NCBI GenBank assembly: GCA_963803975.1
Contig: CAWDOY010000006.1
Coordinates: forward strand, 1-16,369
DNA length: 16,369 bases
Direction of reading: 5' to 3'
Source of the DNA: an uncultured delta proteobacterium
GTDB taxonomy: Bacteria; Desulfobacterota; WTBG01; CAIYCZ01
How positions within the stretch are numbered: the first letter of the stretch is position 1; every line of letters starts with the position of its first letter. Both the position numbers and the translations under genes were made by a program. This document shows positions 1-9,183 of this stretch, one piece after another. Below the pieces are notes generated by a model. That model made no database searches and was not told the DNA's origin. It saw nothing but the letters and a program-made list of their open reading frames with translations.

Positions 1-69
1 CAGGCGGTCATGGTCAATCAAAGCCACGCTGCCGGAATCAGCACTGGTATCAAGAGCAAGTACCCTGAT
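1..69 (-). CDS. tsaB: tRNA threonylcarbamoyladenosine biosynthesis protein TsaB, 5' part (runs off window)
   Basis: Not in ORF track. Minus frame reads IRVLALDTSADSGSVALIDHDRL, matching the TsaB N-terminal xxLAxDTS...SVAL motif. GGAGG at 75-79. Start codon is ambiguous (ATC at 67-69 or ATG at 115-117). Confidence 0.8.
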   Translation of the reverse strand, partial: MRVLALDTSADSGSVALIDHDRL

Positions 70-88
70 GACGTCCTCCGCACGCCCG

Positions 89-1192
89 CTAACCGCGAAT
101 GAGCCGGGCGATATCATTGTAAAACACAAACACCATGAGCATGACGATCAAGGCAAGCCCTATCTGCTGGGCAATCTCCATCTTTTTCATGCTCAGGGGG
201 CGGCCCTTAACTGCTTCCACCAGGATGAAAAAAATATGCCCGCCGTCCAGTATGGGAATGGGCAGCAGGTTGAGCACTCCCAGGTTGACACTGATGATAG
301 CCATGAGAGAGAAAAAGCTTACCATGCCGGCTTCAGCAAACTCCCCGGCAATTTCAGCGATACGGATCGGCCCGCCCAGGGAATCTGCCGGAAGGGTCCG
401 CCCGATAATTTTGAAAATGCTGAGCAGCGTGAGCCGGGAGACGTTCCAGGTTTGATACAAGCCTTTAAAAAAGGCTTCACCGGGACCGAAGCGTTTTATC
501 ATAATGGCATCTTTTCCTGTTGAAGCGACGATGCCGATCTTAAAGCCCTTTTTGGCCTGCCCGAAAACATCCTTGCCATCGCTTATCTGCGGCTCGATCG
601 TCACCGGCAGTATCTGGCCATCCCGCTTGATGCGCAGGGTCATGGCGCTGCCGCCGCTTTCCTCAATGGACTGGGAAAGCTCGTCCCACAAGGCAATCTC
701 TTTGGCGTTGACTGAGAGAACAAGATCCCCTTCCTTTAAGCCGGCGCGCTGCGCGGGGGAATTCTCGATCACTTTACCCACCTGGGGAAGAAGCGTCGGA
801 GTGCCCACCATAAAAATCACCGTAAACAGCACCCAGGCAAAGACGATATTAAACACCGACCCTGCGGCAATAATTGCCAGGCGCTTGCCGATGCTCTGAT
901 GTGACAGGGAAAACGGCTGATCCTCTGCTGCCACCGGCTCATCAGGACTTTCTCCCAGGGGTTTTACATAGCCGCCGAGGGGCAGAAGTGAGATGACGTA
1001 CTCGGTATCTCCTACTTTTTTCCCGATGATTTTGGGCCCGAAACCAAGGGAGAATTTTAACACCCTGACCCCGGAAAGTTTAGCGATAATAAAATGGCCA
1101 AACTCATGCACAAAAATAAGAACGCCCAGAAGAATTGCCGTTGGGACTAAATAATATCGGGCAAACTCCATGACCATGATCAATGTATTCAT
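89..1192 (-). CDS. rseP: RIP metalloprotease RseP
   Basis: HEFGH zinc motif, one PDZ-like segment, NLLPIPILDGG motif; follows dxr. ATG at 1190-1192 chosen because AAGGAG lies 5 nt upstream. Confidence 0.96.
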   Translation of the reverse strand: MNTLIMVMEFARYYLVPTAILLGVLIFVHEFGHFIIAKLSGVRVLKFSLGFGPKIIGKKVGDTEYVISLLPLGGYVKPLGESPDEPVAAEDQPFSLSHQSIGKRLAIIAAGSVFNIVFAWVLFTVIFMVGTPTLLPQVGKVIENSPAQRAGLKEGDLVLSVNAKEIALWDELSQSIEESGGSAMTLRIKRDGQILPVTIEPQISDGKDVFGQAKKGFKIGIVASTGKDAIMIKRFGPGEAFFKGLYQTWNVSRLTLLSIFKIIGRTLPADSLGGPIRIAEIAGEFAEAGMVSFFSLMAIISVNLGVLNLLPIPILDGGHIFFILVEAVKGRPLSMKKMEIAQQIGLALIVMLMVFVFYNDIARLIRG

Positions 1193-1209
1193 GAACACTC
1201 CTTCTGCAG

Positions 1210-2370
1210 TTACTGCATCTTAGCTATAATTTTTTCTGACTCGGTGCGCGCCCACCCGTCAGCCCACAGTATTGCTTCAAGATTCATACTTCCCTGGTAA
1301 TGGAATGTGTCCATTACCCGTTTTACCAGCTTGGCAATAGCGGAAAAGCTGATTTTCTTTTTCAAGAATGTGTGCACTGCTATTTCATTTGCGGCATTCA
1401 TCACCGCCGGCATCAGGCCGCCGGCAGCAAGCGCCCGGTAGGCAAGCCTGAGCGCCGGAAACCTTTTTTCATCAGGCTCCATAAAGGTCAAGCGCGCAAC
1501 CCGGGCCATGTCGAGCGGTTTGACAATACCGGAAAGCCGCTCCGGACAAGACAGCGCGTAGGCAATGGGCCCTTTCATGTCAGGCTCTGACAGGTGGGCA
1601 AGCACACTGCCATCGACAAACTCTACCATGGAATGAATAATGCTCTCCGGATGAACGACCACCTGTATCTGTTCCGGCAGCATGCCGAACAGCCACCGCG
1701 CCTCGATTACTTCAAGCCCCTTGTTCATGAGCGTTGCTGAATCAATGGTCACTTTGTTGCCCATTTTCCAACGCGGATGTCTGAGCGCCTGCTTCGGGGT
1801 AACACCGCCAAGCTGCTTCCGGGTGTAGCGCAGAAACGGGCCGCCGGACGCGGTAAGCAGTATCCTGCGCACATCCTCCAGGCCCCGGCCGTTAAGGATC
1901 TGGGCAATAGCACTGTGCTCGCTGTCAACCGGGATTATCCGCACGTTCCTGCGCGCGGCTTCCGCTATCAGGAGTTCCCCTGCCATCACCAGCGTTTCCT
2001 TATTGGCCAGCGCTATGTCCTTCCCGGCCCTGACCGCAGCAAGTGTTGGCAGAAGCCCGGCAGAGCCGGATATTGCTGACACGACCGTATCTGTTTCCGG
2101 CAGTGCTGCCACCTTCTCCAGCCCCTGGCTGCCCCAGACAATCTCCGGGATTCTTCCGGCCAGAGCGGACTTGAGCGCTCTGGCCGCTGCCTCGCTGGAC
2201 AGGCATACCAGGCGCGGTTTAAAAGTGCGCACCTGATCGGCAATCAGCTTGACATTCTTGCCTGCTGCCAGCCCTGCCACGCAAAACTTTTCCGGATGGG
2301 CGGCACAGACTTGTAAGGTGGCGGTCCCTATGGACCCGGTTGACCCAAGAATGGCGAGCTTTTTCATCAT
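1210..2370 (-). CDS. dxr: 1-deoxy-D-xylulose-5-phosphate reductoisomerase
   Basis: ILGSTGSIG, LANKETLV, PVDSEHSAI, LTASGGPF, IDSATLMNKGLEVIEA motifs; ATGA overlap with the cdsA stop. Confidence 0.98.
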   Translation of the reverse strand: MMKKLAILGSTGSIGTATLQVCAAHPEKFCVAGLAAGKNVKLIADQVRTFKPRLVCLSSEAAARALKSALAGRIPEIVWGSQGLEKVAALPETDTVVSAISGSAGLLPTLAAVRAGKDIALANKETLVMAGELLIAEAARRNVRIIPVDSEHSAIAQILNGRGLEDVRRILLTASGGPFLRYTRKQLGGVTPKQALRHPRWKMGNKVTIDSATLMNKGLEVIEARWLFGMLPEQIQVVVHPESIIHSMVEFVDGSVLAHLSEPDMKGPIAYALSCPERLSGIVKPLDMARVARLTFMEPDEKRFPALRLAYRALAAGGLMPAVMNAANEIAVHTFLKKKISFSAIAKLVKRVMDTFHYQGSMNLEAILWADGWARTESEKIIAKMQ

Positions 2371-3200
2371 GGCAACGCTATCTGTACCCAGTAATAAAAA
2401 AATGGTGCTGCAAACAGCACGCTGTCAATCCGATCCAGAACCCCGCCATGGCCGGGAAAAAGTGTGCCTGAGTCCTTGATGCCAAAAGCACGCTTGAGCA
2501 GTGATTCGCTGGTATCTCCCAGCTGGTTCATGACATTGATGCCGGCACCGGCAGCCACGCAGGCAAGCACGGTGGGGCTCTTAAGGAACAGGTAGTGGCA
2601 GAGCAGCGCAGTTACCATGCCGCCTACCAGCCCGCCTGCCGCACCCTCAATGGTCTTCTTCGGGCTTATGCGCGGGCAGAGCGGATGCCTGCCTTTCCAG
2701 GTTCCGACAAAATAGGCTGCAGCATCACCTCCCCAGGTAACGCAGAGCAGGAACAGTACCAGCGCCGGCCCGCTGGCGCCTGCATGAATGAGCAGCAGGT
2801 AGGAAAAAAACAGGCTCACATAGAACACGCCAAACACGGTGAGGGTCATCTGGCTCACCGCACTGGCCGTTTCCCGGGAGCTCAGAATACTGTAGACAAA
2901 GAGTACCACAAAACTTATGGTGCACCCTGCAAGGATCAGATAGGAGCCGTTCCCGGGGCCTGCCTGCAGTGAGCGTGATTCTGCAAAGACGCAGCAGAGA
3001 ATAAGAAGGCCCAGCATAATACCGAGGGCCCTTTGCACACCCCGGTCAGCGGGTAATGCTGCCCGCAGGAATTCATAGAGACCTGCTCCGCCAAACCCGA
3101 GCACCAGGGCTAAAAAAACTGCATCACCCCCCCAGATAATAGCGGCAGTAAGAAGCGGAATCGCAACAATCGCAGTAATCACCCGATACAGCAGCATCAC
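2367..3200 (-). CDS. cdsA: Phosphatidate cytidylyltransferase
   Basis: Polytopic membrane protein with ISPKKTIEG and KRAFGIKDSGTLFPGHGGVLDRIDS signatures; start probably GTG 3200 or ATG 3197. Confidence 0.95.
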   Translation of the reverse strand: MMLLYRVITAIVAIPLLTAAIIWGGDAVFLALVLGFGGAGLYEFLRAALPADRGVQRALGIMLGLLILCCVFAESRSLQAGPGNGSYLILAGCTISFVVLFVYSILSSRETASAVSQMTLTVFGVFYVSLFFSYLLLIHAGASGPALVLFLLCVTWGGDAAAYFVGTWKGRHPLCPRISPKKTIEGAAGGLVGGMVTALLCHYLFLKSPTVLACVAAGAGINVMNQLGDTSESLLKRAFGIKDSGTLFPGHGGVLDRIDSVLFAAPFFYYWVQIALP

Positions 3201-3221
3201 CTGTCCCTGCAATGAAATCTA

Positions 3222-3371
3222 TCAGGCTGCTGAAAAACACCCATCTGCTTCGTTGCGCTCATCCTTCGTCATTGCGACGTACGCTACAGTACGCCTCATT
3301 CCTCTTGATTTCGCGCGCCTTGCATCCGGATGTTTTTGACCAGCCGGGAAAAACCCTTTTCAACAACCTGC
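3222..3371. mobile_element. MITE-like non-autonomous element between uppS and cdsA
   Basis: Left end TA|TCAGGCTGCTGAAAA; right end reverse complement TA|GCAGGTTGTTGAAAA (12/14 over CAGGYTGYTGAAAA). TA on both sides; extra internal IR TGTTTTTGACCAGCC at 3331-3345. Confidence 0.75.
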
Positions 3372-4117
3372 TATTGACCCTTTACCTGCTCTCCGGTAAG
3401 CCCGAACCTTCTCTGCCTCTTCTGATAATCAATGAGCGCCTTGTATAGTTCCTGTCTCCCGAAATCCGGCCACAGCACATCGGTCACATATATTTCCGTG
3501 TATGCCAGCTGCCAGAGCAGAAAATTGCTGATGCGCATCTCGCCGCTGGTTCTAATGAGGAGATCAGGGTCCGGCAGCCCTGCGGTATAGAGCTCCTGAG
3601 AAAACGTCTCTTCATTGAGCGCGGCGAGAGAGAAATTATTGGCTGCTGCCTTGCTGACGATCCGGGCAACCGCCCGCAAAATTTCATCACGGCTGCCGTA
3701 GCTTAACGCTACATTGAGAATCATGCCGCTGTTAGCCCGGGTCTTTTCTATCGCTTCTCTGGCCACGTTCTGTACATCCTCGGGAAGGCTCTCAAGATGA
3801 CCGATGCTTTTAATCTGAATATTATTTTTATCCAAGGCCTTAAGTTCAGAGCGGAGATACTGTTTTAAAAGTTTAAACAGGCCTTTTATCTCTGTTTTTG
3901 GCCGCTGCCAGTTCTCAAGGGAAAATGCATACAGGGTAAGCACCTGGATGCCGAGCTCCCGGCAGGCTTTCACGACCTGCTTGACAGACTCCATGCCCCG
4001 GGTATGACCCATAATTCTCGCAAGGGAGCGGCGGTTTGCCCACCTGCCGTTGCCATCCATAATAATTGCTATATGCTTCGGCAGTTTTTCCTTAATAAGC
4101 TGATCTTTAGTATGCAT
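3371..4117 (-). CDS. uppS: Undecaprenyl diphosphate synthase (isoprenyl transferase)
   Basis: PKHIAIIMDGNGRWA, LYAFSLENWQRP, DPDLLIRTSGEMRISNFLLWQ, RRFG motifs. Confidence 0.98.
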   Translation of the reverse strand: MHTKDQLIKEKLPKHIAIIMDGNGRWANRRSLARIMGHTRGMESVKQVVKACRELGIQVLTLYAFSLENWQRPKTEIKGLFKLLKQYLRSELKALDKNNIQIKSIGHLESLPEDVQNVAREAIEKTRANSGMILNVALSYGSRDEILRAVARIVSKAAANNFSLAALNEETFSQELYTAGLPDPDLLIRTSGEMRISNFLLWQLAYTEIYVTDVLWPDFGRQELYKALIDYQKRQRRFGLTGEQVKGQ

Positions 4118-4373
4118 AGAAAAAATCTGGTTCGGATTTCAGATTATGTCTGGAGGGCAGGCATAATTTATTTTAAAAAAGTAAATAAAATTTTAAATTA
4201 TCACAAAAAATAATTTATCTCAAGTTAATAAGCCCTGTGAATTCAAGGCAGCATACTGCTGTTGATAAACTGATCGCAGAGGCTGGCATACAGAGCATGA
4301 CATAGCATGGAGCAGAAGTGCTCAAGAAGGCAGTAATAAGAAGAAACGGGGAAAGGGGCATGAAACCGGTCAC

Positions 4374-4412
4374 AAAAAAGTACGGGGCAGCAGAGAATCT
4401 GTTGCCCCGTAC
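4374..4412 (-). terminator. Intrinsic terminator after the ferredoxin gene
   Basis: Minus strand GTACGGGGCAACAGA-TTC-TCTGCTGCCCCGTAC (15-bp stem, one mismatch) followed by TTTTTT. Confidence 0.88.
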
Positions 4413-4416
4413 CCTG

Positions 4417-4590
4417 TTATTTTTCTTCAACGATAGCTTCTGTAGGGCAGACGTCCTTACAGGTGCCGCATTCCGTACATTTTTCCTGACTGATAACATA
4501 CTTATCAGTTCCCTCTTCAATAGCATCAGACGGACATTCTTCTGCACAGGTTCCACAGGAAACACAGTCATCAGTTATCTTGAAAGCCAT
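4417..4590 (-). CDS. 2x[4Fe-4S] ferredoxin, 57 aa (absent from ORF track)
   Basis: Manual translation MAFKITDDCVSCGTCAEECPSDAIEEGTDKYVISQEKCTECGTCKDVCPTEAIVEEK; two CxxCxxCxxxCP motifs; SD TAAGGAGGTGAT upstream. Confidence 0.95.
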   Translation of the reverse strand: MAFKITDDCVSCGTCAEECPSDAIEEGTDKYVISQEKCTECGTCKDVCPTEAIVEEK

Positions 4591-4638
4591 GAACCTATCA
4601 CCTCCTTACCGTTTAATAGTAACATAAAAATAAACCAA

Positions 4639-5196
4639 TCAGAACTCCAGGACCTCTTTTTCTTTTACCTGCGTCAGTTCATCACATATTTTTATATAGT
4701 CGTCAGTTAACTCCTGTACCTCTTTCTGGCCTTTAAAAAAGTCGTCCTCGGAAACTGCTTTATCTTTTTTAAGCTGTTTCAGCTCTTCGTTGATATCCCT
4801 GCGGTGGTTGCGGATCGAGACCTTGCTGCTCTCAGCCATTTTCTTTATCACTTTCACCAGTTCCATTCTGCGCTGTTCCGTGAGCGGCGGGATGGACACT
4901 CTGATAATTTTCGCATCAATAACGGGCGTGAGCCCCAAATCGGATTTCTGAATCGCTTTTTCAATTTCTTTGAGTGCATTTACATCCCAGGGCTGAATCG
5001 TTATCATGCGCGGTTCAGGCACTGAAAGCGTGGCCAGCTGGTTCAGAAGCGTCAGGGTCCCGTAGTAGTCCACCCGTATGCCGTCAAGCAGGGAGATTGA
5101 TGCCCGGCCGGTTCGCACCCTGCTCAATTCCCGCTTAAAAGAATCGATGCTCTTTTCCAGATCTGTCTTTAGTTTATCCAGGTACGCCGGTGCCAT
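4639..5196 (-). CDS. frr: Ribosome recycling factor
   Basis: RTGRAS, VDYYGT, IQPWD, PPLTEQRR motifs; 185 aa; follows pyrH. Confidence 0.98.
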   Translation of the reverse strand: MAPAYLDKLKTDLEKSIDSFKRELSRVRTGRASISLLDGIRVDYYGTLTLLNQLATLSVPEPRMITIQPWDVNALKEIEKAIQKSDLGLTPVIDAKIIRVSIPPLTEQRRMELVKVIKKMAESSKVSIRNHRRDINEELKQLKKDKAVSEDDFFKGQKEVQELTDDYIKICDELTQVKEKEVLEF

Positions 5197-5199
5197 AGT

Positions 5200-5940
5200 T
5201 CAGCCTCGTATATGGGTTCCTATCTTTTCCCCGGTAACTGCCTTGCCGATATTGCCTGGCTTGGTGAGATTGAAAACAATGATCGGAAGGTTGTTGTCCA
5301 GGCACAGGGTGATGGCAGTAAGATCCATTACCTTCAGATTCTTGGCCAGCACATCCCGGTAGGAAATGCTGTCGAATTTCTTTGCCTTCGGGTTGCGCAG
5401 GGGATCCTGGTCATAGACACCGTCAACTTTGGTTCCCTTTAATATCACCTCAGCATTGATCTCAGTGGCCCTGAGCGCTGCAGCAGTGTCGGAGGAAAAA
5501 AACGGGTTGCCGGTACCGGCAGCAAAGATAACCACCCGGCCCTTTTCCAGGTGGCGGGTGGCCCGCCTGCGGATAAACGGCTCGGCAACCTGGCGCATCT
5601 CAATGGCAGATAACACCCTGGTCGGAACGCCCCGCTTCTCCAGGTAATCCTGGAGCGCCAGGCTGTTTATAACGGTGGCAAGCATGCCCATATAGTCTGC
5701 CGAGACCCGGTCCATTCCCTGGGCATTTTCAGAAACTCCCCGGAAAATATTCCCGCCGCCGATCACAATACCTATTTCGCAGCCGAGGTCGTATATGCAC
5801 CTGATATCCTGCGCAATACTGCACATGACATCATAGCTGATACCATACTCCCTGCTGCCGCTTAAAACTTCCCCGCTCAGTTTTAACAGAATCCGCTTAT
5901 AGATGAGGCCGCGGGTGGTGCCGGCATCTTTTTTAGCCAT
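5200..5940 (-). CDS. pyrH: UMP kinase
   Basis: [42 protein letters not shown] motifs. Confidence 0.98.
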   Translation of the reverse strand: MAKKDAGTTRGLIYKRILLKLSGEVLSGSREYGISYDVMCSIAQDIRCIYDLGCEIGIVIGGGNIFRGVSENAQGMDRVSADYMGMLATVINSLALQDYLEKRGVPTRVLSAIEMRQVAEPFIRRRATRHLEKGRVVIFAAGTGNPFFSSDTAAALRATEINAEVILKGTKVDGVYDQDPLRNPKAKKFDSISYRDVLAKNLKVMDLTAITLCLDNNLPIIVFNLTKPGNIGKAVTGEKIGTHIRG

Positions 5941-5955
5941 GTTAAAATCCCGGAA

Positions 5956-6555
5956 TTAATTTTTTTCGCCGAGCTGAAAGCGGCAGAAACGGCTGACACT
6001 TACATTCTCACCGAATTTTGCAATAGCGCTCTTGATATAATCCCTTATGCTCATCTTGTCGTCTTTGACGAACGGCTGCTCGAGGAAGCATACGTCTGCA
6101 TAAAACTTATCCAGCCGGCCTTCAATAATCTTCTCCATGACCTTTTCCGGCTTGTTAAGGTTCTGCGCCTGGGTCTTCAATATCTGCCGCTCCTGTTCAA
6201 GCAGCTCCGGGGGGACATCTTCCCGCTGCAGAAACCGGGGGCTTGCCGCTGCAATGTGCATGGCAAGATCCTTAGTGAAGGCAACAAAATCAGGGCTCTT
6301 GGCGACAAAATCGGTCTCGCAGTTCACTTCAACCATGACGCCGATTTTATCACCGGGGTGGATATAGGACACAATTTTGCCCTCTTTGGTTTCGCGGCTC
6401 ATCTTCTTCTGGGCAGACGCAATGCCTTTTTCCCTGAGGTATATGATTGCCTTTTCAATATCATTAGCGCTTGACTTGAGAGCATCGCGGCAATCAAGCA
6501 TGGGCGCCCCGGTCTGGTTTCTCAGTTCTTTAACGCGTGCAGCATCTATTTCCAT
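5956..6555 (-). CDS. tsf: Elongation factor Ts (short, ~200 aa form)
   Basis: VKELRNQTGA, EVNCETDFVA, LEQPFVKD motifs; SD AAGGAG. Confidence 0.98.
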   Translation of the reverse strand: MEIDAARVKELRNQTGAPMLDCRDALKSSANDIEKAIIYLREKGIASAQKKMSRETKEGKIVSYIHPGDKIGVMVEVNCETDFVAKSPDFVAFTKDLAMHIAAASPRFLQREDVPPELLEQERQILKTQAQNLNKPEKVMEKIIEGRLDKFYADVCFLEQPFVKDDKMSIRDYIKSAIAKFGENVSVSRFCRFQLGEKN

Positions 6556-6606
6556 GCAAATCTCCTTTTCCGACAGATCATTTTCTCAACAATTAACCAG
6601 CACGCA

Positions 6607-6683
6607 GAGTTTATGAGTTTTGAGTCGAGGAGTTCAGGAGTTAACAAACTCCAACACTCGTAACTCCTTAACTCTCCCAACTC
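6607..6683. repeat. Periodic palindrome: five GAGT(T) units followed by five (A)ACTC units
   Basis: GAGTY at 6607, 6615, 6622, 6630, 6638; MACTC at 6647, 6655, 6662, 6670, 6679; about 8-nt period. Confidence 0.8.
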
Positions 6684-6853
6684 GTAATTTCTGTGTCCTC
6701 TACATTAGTGTTCTCGTTTGTGCACTCTCTTGATTAAAAATACGGTAGCCGTAAACTAACCAGGCAACGCTATAGTGAAACCTTGGGAACTTTTGAAGAT
6801 ACTATAAAATTCTTTTATAACCTTAGCTCGAAATGCTCAGCTTATCCATTTGG

Positions 6854-6889
6854 AAACCACAGAGAATTTCTCGGTGTCCTCTGTGGTTT
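6854..6889. repeat. AACCACAGAG-type palindromic repeat, copy 1
   Basis: AAACCACAGAG ... CTCTGTGGTTT, perfect 11-bp inverted repeat; related copy at 9184-9263. Confidence 0.75.
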
Positions 6890-6943
6890 AAAAGCTTCTG
6901 CTGTTTTTAAAAAAATCGTTAAAATTCCGGTACCGCCGGATGG

Positions 6944-7729
6944 CTAATCGTCAAATTCAGTATCATCATCACCTGCGCCCGCAGCCTTTTCAGCGAGCCC
7001 GGATTGCGGCTCTGCATAGACTGCTGTCTGAATCCGGTCCTCGCGTCTCCGGGCACCTTCAGTGCAGGCGTCGGCAATTTTTGCGGTAAACAGCCTGATG
7101 GCGCGAATCGCATCATCGTTGCCCGGGATTATATAATCAACATCATCAGGATCACAGTTGGTGTCAACCAGACCGAGCACGGGGATTTTTAATTTCCGGG
7201 CCTCCGCCACTGCTATCTTTTCTTTCTTGGGATCAACCACAAACAGGGCCCCGGGAACGCGGTTCATATCCCTGATGCCTTCAAGCAGGAAATTCAGCTT
7301 TACCAGTTCCCGTTCCAGACCGAGGGCTTCCTTTTTCTTGAAGTTGGCAAAACTGCCATCTGCCTTCATGGCTTCAAGCTTTTTCATCCGTTCAATATTC
7401 TTTTTGATGGTCTGGAAATTCGTGAGGGTACCGCCCAGCCACCGGTTGACGACATAAAACATATTGCAGCGCTTTGATTCTTCGCCGACAGCATCCTGGG
7501 CCTGCCTCTTGGTGCCCACAAACAGCACATAGTTCCCCTGGGCAACGGTTTCAACAATAAAGTCATAGGCTTCTTTGAAAAGGACGACGGTCTTCTGCAG
7601 GTCAATAATATAGATGCCATTGCGGGCGCCATAGATATAGGGCTTCATCTTGGGATTCCAGCGCCGTGTCTGATGGCCGAAGTGTACCCCTGCCTCTAAA
7701 AGCTGCTTCATGCTAATGAGTGTTGTCAA
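6944..7729 (-). CDS. rpsB: 30S ribosomal protein S2
   Basis: [51 protein letters not shown] start 5 nt after AGGAGG. Confidence 0.99.
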   Translation of the reverse strand: MTTLISMKQLLEAGVHFGHQTRRWNPKMKPYIYGARNGIYIIDLQKTVVLFKEAYDFIVETVAQGNYVLFVGTKRQAQDAVGEESKRCNMFYVVNRWLGGTLTNFQTIKKNIERMKKLEAMKADGSFANFKKKEALGLERELVKLNFLLEGIRDMNRVPGALFVVDPKKEKIAVAEARKLKIPVLGLVDTNCDPDDVDYIIPGNDDAIRAIRLFTAKIADACTEGARRREDRIQTAVYAEPQSGLAEKAAGAGDDDTEFDD

Positions 7730-7919
7730 TCATACCTCCTTTAAACATTCCTGGTTACTTGTTTGTGATTATTTTTGTTTATAGCAAATCATTTTTAGGT
7801 TTGAAAGTTACCGGGTACATGCTTATGCACATAAAGCATGTATAGCGAAACTAATAAAAATATTCCAAGCAACCCCGCCGTGCACGCGGCAGGTTTAACT
7901 ATCTATTTAAAATTTGTTG

Positions 7920-7948
7920 TTATTACCATATATGTTTTTTTTTAGCAA
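7920..7948 (-). promoter_or_regulatory. Putative sigma70 promoter of the rpsB operon
   Basis: TTGCTA-N17-TAATAA with TG upstream of the -10 box, about 190 nt before the rpsB start. Confidence 0.55.
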
Positions 7949-7954
7949 GCATAA

Positions 7955-9154
7955 TTATGTTTTATAGGAAGCATTAATCTTTACATAATCATAGCTCAAA
8001 TCGCAGGTAAAAACCTCAAATCTTTGTTTGCCGCTATGTAAATCAATATCAATGTCTATACGCTCCTTCTTAAATGAACTTCCCAGGGTATGGCTGTTTC
8101 CCGGTGCTGCCTGGCCATTTTTAACCGCTAAAAGCTTATTGATATACATATCCGTCCGGTCAGGATTGAATGCAGCTCCGGACATGCCCAGGGCAGCCAT
8201 AATCCTTCCCCAGTTATAGTCCCCGCCAAAGCACGCGGTCTTAACCAGCGGGGAGTTGGCCACGCGGAATGCCGCCCTGCGGGCATCCTGAACCGTCTTT
8301 GCGTTTTTCACCCTGACGGTTATCAGCTTGGTAGCTCCTTCACCGTCCCGCACCACCAGAAGCGCCAGTTCCCGCATAACCTCATGCAGCATGAGGCTGA
8401 ATTGCTTACCGGCGGCAGAGTCTTCCCGGCGGATTATTTTTTTTGTCCTCCCGCTTGCAAGCGCAAGCACCATATCATTGGTGCTCGTCTCCCCGTCAAC
8501 GCTGATTCTGTTAAACGTCGCCTCGCTCGCTTTTTTCAGCAGCGTGGAGAGCACTGCACGGTCAATCGCGGCATCAGTAATAATGAAAGCAAGCATGGTC
8601 GCCATCTGCGGCATAATCATGCCGGAGCCCTTTGCAATGCCGCAGATTTTAATTTTTTCTCCGTTTATCTCAGCGCAGCGCGCCACTATCTTCTGCCGCG
8701 TATCAGTGGTAAGGATTGCATCGGCAAAAGCGGGGATACCGCTTTTGGCAGCACTTTTTATTAACCGGGGAAGAGCTTTTTTAATGGTTTCAGCTGGAAG
8801 CGGCACCCCGATTACCCCGGTGGAACTGGGGATTGCCAGGCTTTCAGCTATGCCCAGCAGCGCTGCCGTCTCATTGCAGGTAGCAGCTGCAGCCTGTAAC
8901 CCTGCCGGTCCGGTGCAGGCATTGGCATTGCCGCTGTTCACCAGCACCGCCTGGGCAGCACCGTTGCGCAACCTTCTCTGGCAGAGCAGCACCGGGGCGG
9001 CCTTTACCCTGTTTTTAGTGAACACGCCGGCAGCCGTACAGGGCTGCTCACTCAGGAGCAGGCCCAGATCTTTTGCCCCGTTCTTTTTAATGCCGCTCGC
9101 GATGCCTGCTGCCAGGAATCCCGGAACCCCTTCCCGAAGAGGAAACGATTTCAT
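7955..9154 (-). CDS. argJ: Glutamate N-acetyltransferase / ornithine acetyltransferase ArgJ
   Basis: AGVFTKNRVKAAPV, NSGNANACTG, STGVIG, KGSGMIMPQMATML (autocleavage Thr), VDGETSTND, DGEGATK, DLSYDYVKINASY. Confidence 0.97.
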   Translation of the reverse strand: MKSFPLREGVPGFLAAGIASGIKKNGAKDLGLLLSEQPCTAAGVFTKNRVKAAPVLLCQRRLRNGAAQAVLVNSGNANACTGPAGLQAAAATCNETAALLGIAESLAIPSSTGVIGVPLPAETIKKALPRLIKSAAKSGIPAFADAILTTDTRQKIVARCAEINGEKIKICGIAKGSGMIMPQMATMLAFIITDAAIDRAVLSTLLKKASEATFNRISVDGETSTNDMVLALASGRTKKIIRREDSAAGKQFSLMLHEVMRELALLVVRDGEGATKLITVRVKNAKTVQDARRAAFRVANSPLVKTACFGGDYNWGRIMAALGMSGAAFNPDRTDMYINKLLAVKNGQAAPGNSHTLGSSFKKERIDIDIDLHSGKQRFEVFTCDLSYDYVKINASYKT

Positions 9155-9183
9155 ATACCAGCCCGCGTTAATAAAAAATATTC

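Noticed and set aside
3212..3448. 78-aa plus-strand ORF
   Set aside because: Read-through of the MITE into antisense uppS; not a credible protein.
4215..4571. 118-aa minus-strand ORF
   Set aside because: Wrong frame over the ferredoxin gene and crosses its terminator.
5956..6555. EF-Ts looks truncated
   Set aside because: A ~200-aa EF-Ts is an established natural form in several lineages.
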